DNA of 64,000 nucleotides from Heteronotia binoei. Taxonomy: Eukaryota. Shown piece by piece: positions 63,850 to 64,000 of the stretch (within the stretch, counting starts at the first letter, position 1; every line of letters starts with the position of its first letter). The notes beneath the pieces were generated by a model, which had not been told where the DNA came from, made no database searches, and saw only the letters and a list, made by a program, of their open reading frames with translations. The translations under genes and the position numbers were made by a program. The stretch is from the NCBI RefSeq assembly GCF_032191835.1, contig NC_083234.1, forward strand, positions 2,232,001 to 2,296,000. Reading direction: 5' to 3'.

Positions 63850-64000
63850 GCAACTTGAAACAGAGGCAAATATTTACTAATGTGTGAAACATTATTAACC
63901 ATTTATAGAACGTTCGTACAAATAAACAATATAAGCTCCAAAATCTTTGCCTGCTGATTGCATAATAGCTACAGTCTTAGAATTCCATTGCGCACCAGCC
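63850..64000 (-). other. Probable 3' UTR end of the next minus-strand gene (SIDT2 by synteny)
   Basis: AT-rich island with variant hexamers AGTAAA/TATAAA on the minus strand and a downstream TTTGGTGGTTGTT tract. No coding sequence is visible; the identity is inferred from gene order only. Confidence 0.35.

Overview
This is vertebrate genomic DNA, GC-rich and full of G/C homopolymers, from a squamate reptile. A gecko is the best guess, inferred only from the repeat content (CR1 LINEs, BovB/RTE, MIR-like, tRNA- and 5S-derived SINEs, hAT MITEs). It holds four complete multi-exon genes in the order known from human 11q23.3: BACE1 (+, 9 coding exons, 497 aa), RNF214 (-, 15 coding exons, 706 aa), PCSK7 (+, 15 coding exons, 770 aa) and TAGLN (-, 4 coding exons, 201 aa). 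The probable 3' end of the next gene (SIDT2 by synteny) lies at the right edge. I rebuilt every coding exon by hand; all have GT-AG boundaries and consistent phases. I found no new multi-gene system. The most interesting signals are: (1) an ~18-unit satellite in PCSK7 intron built from a CR1 LINE 3' end, with 3-mer and 4-mer higher-order periods, plus four other retroelements with tandemly duplicated ends; (2) a 69-nt in-frame RNF214 coiled-coil exon missing from the canonical human protein; (3) BACE1 regulatory changes (two of four palmitoylation cysteines lost, exon-3 G-quadruplex kept, alternative donor weakened, uORFs); (4) predicted overlapping BACE1/RNF214 3' ends; (5) a long fold-back element in TAGLN intron 1. 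Comparisons to human or mouse sequences are from memory and need alignment. Repeat boundaries are approximate.
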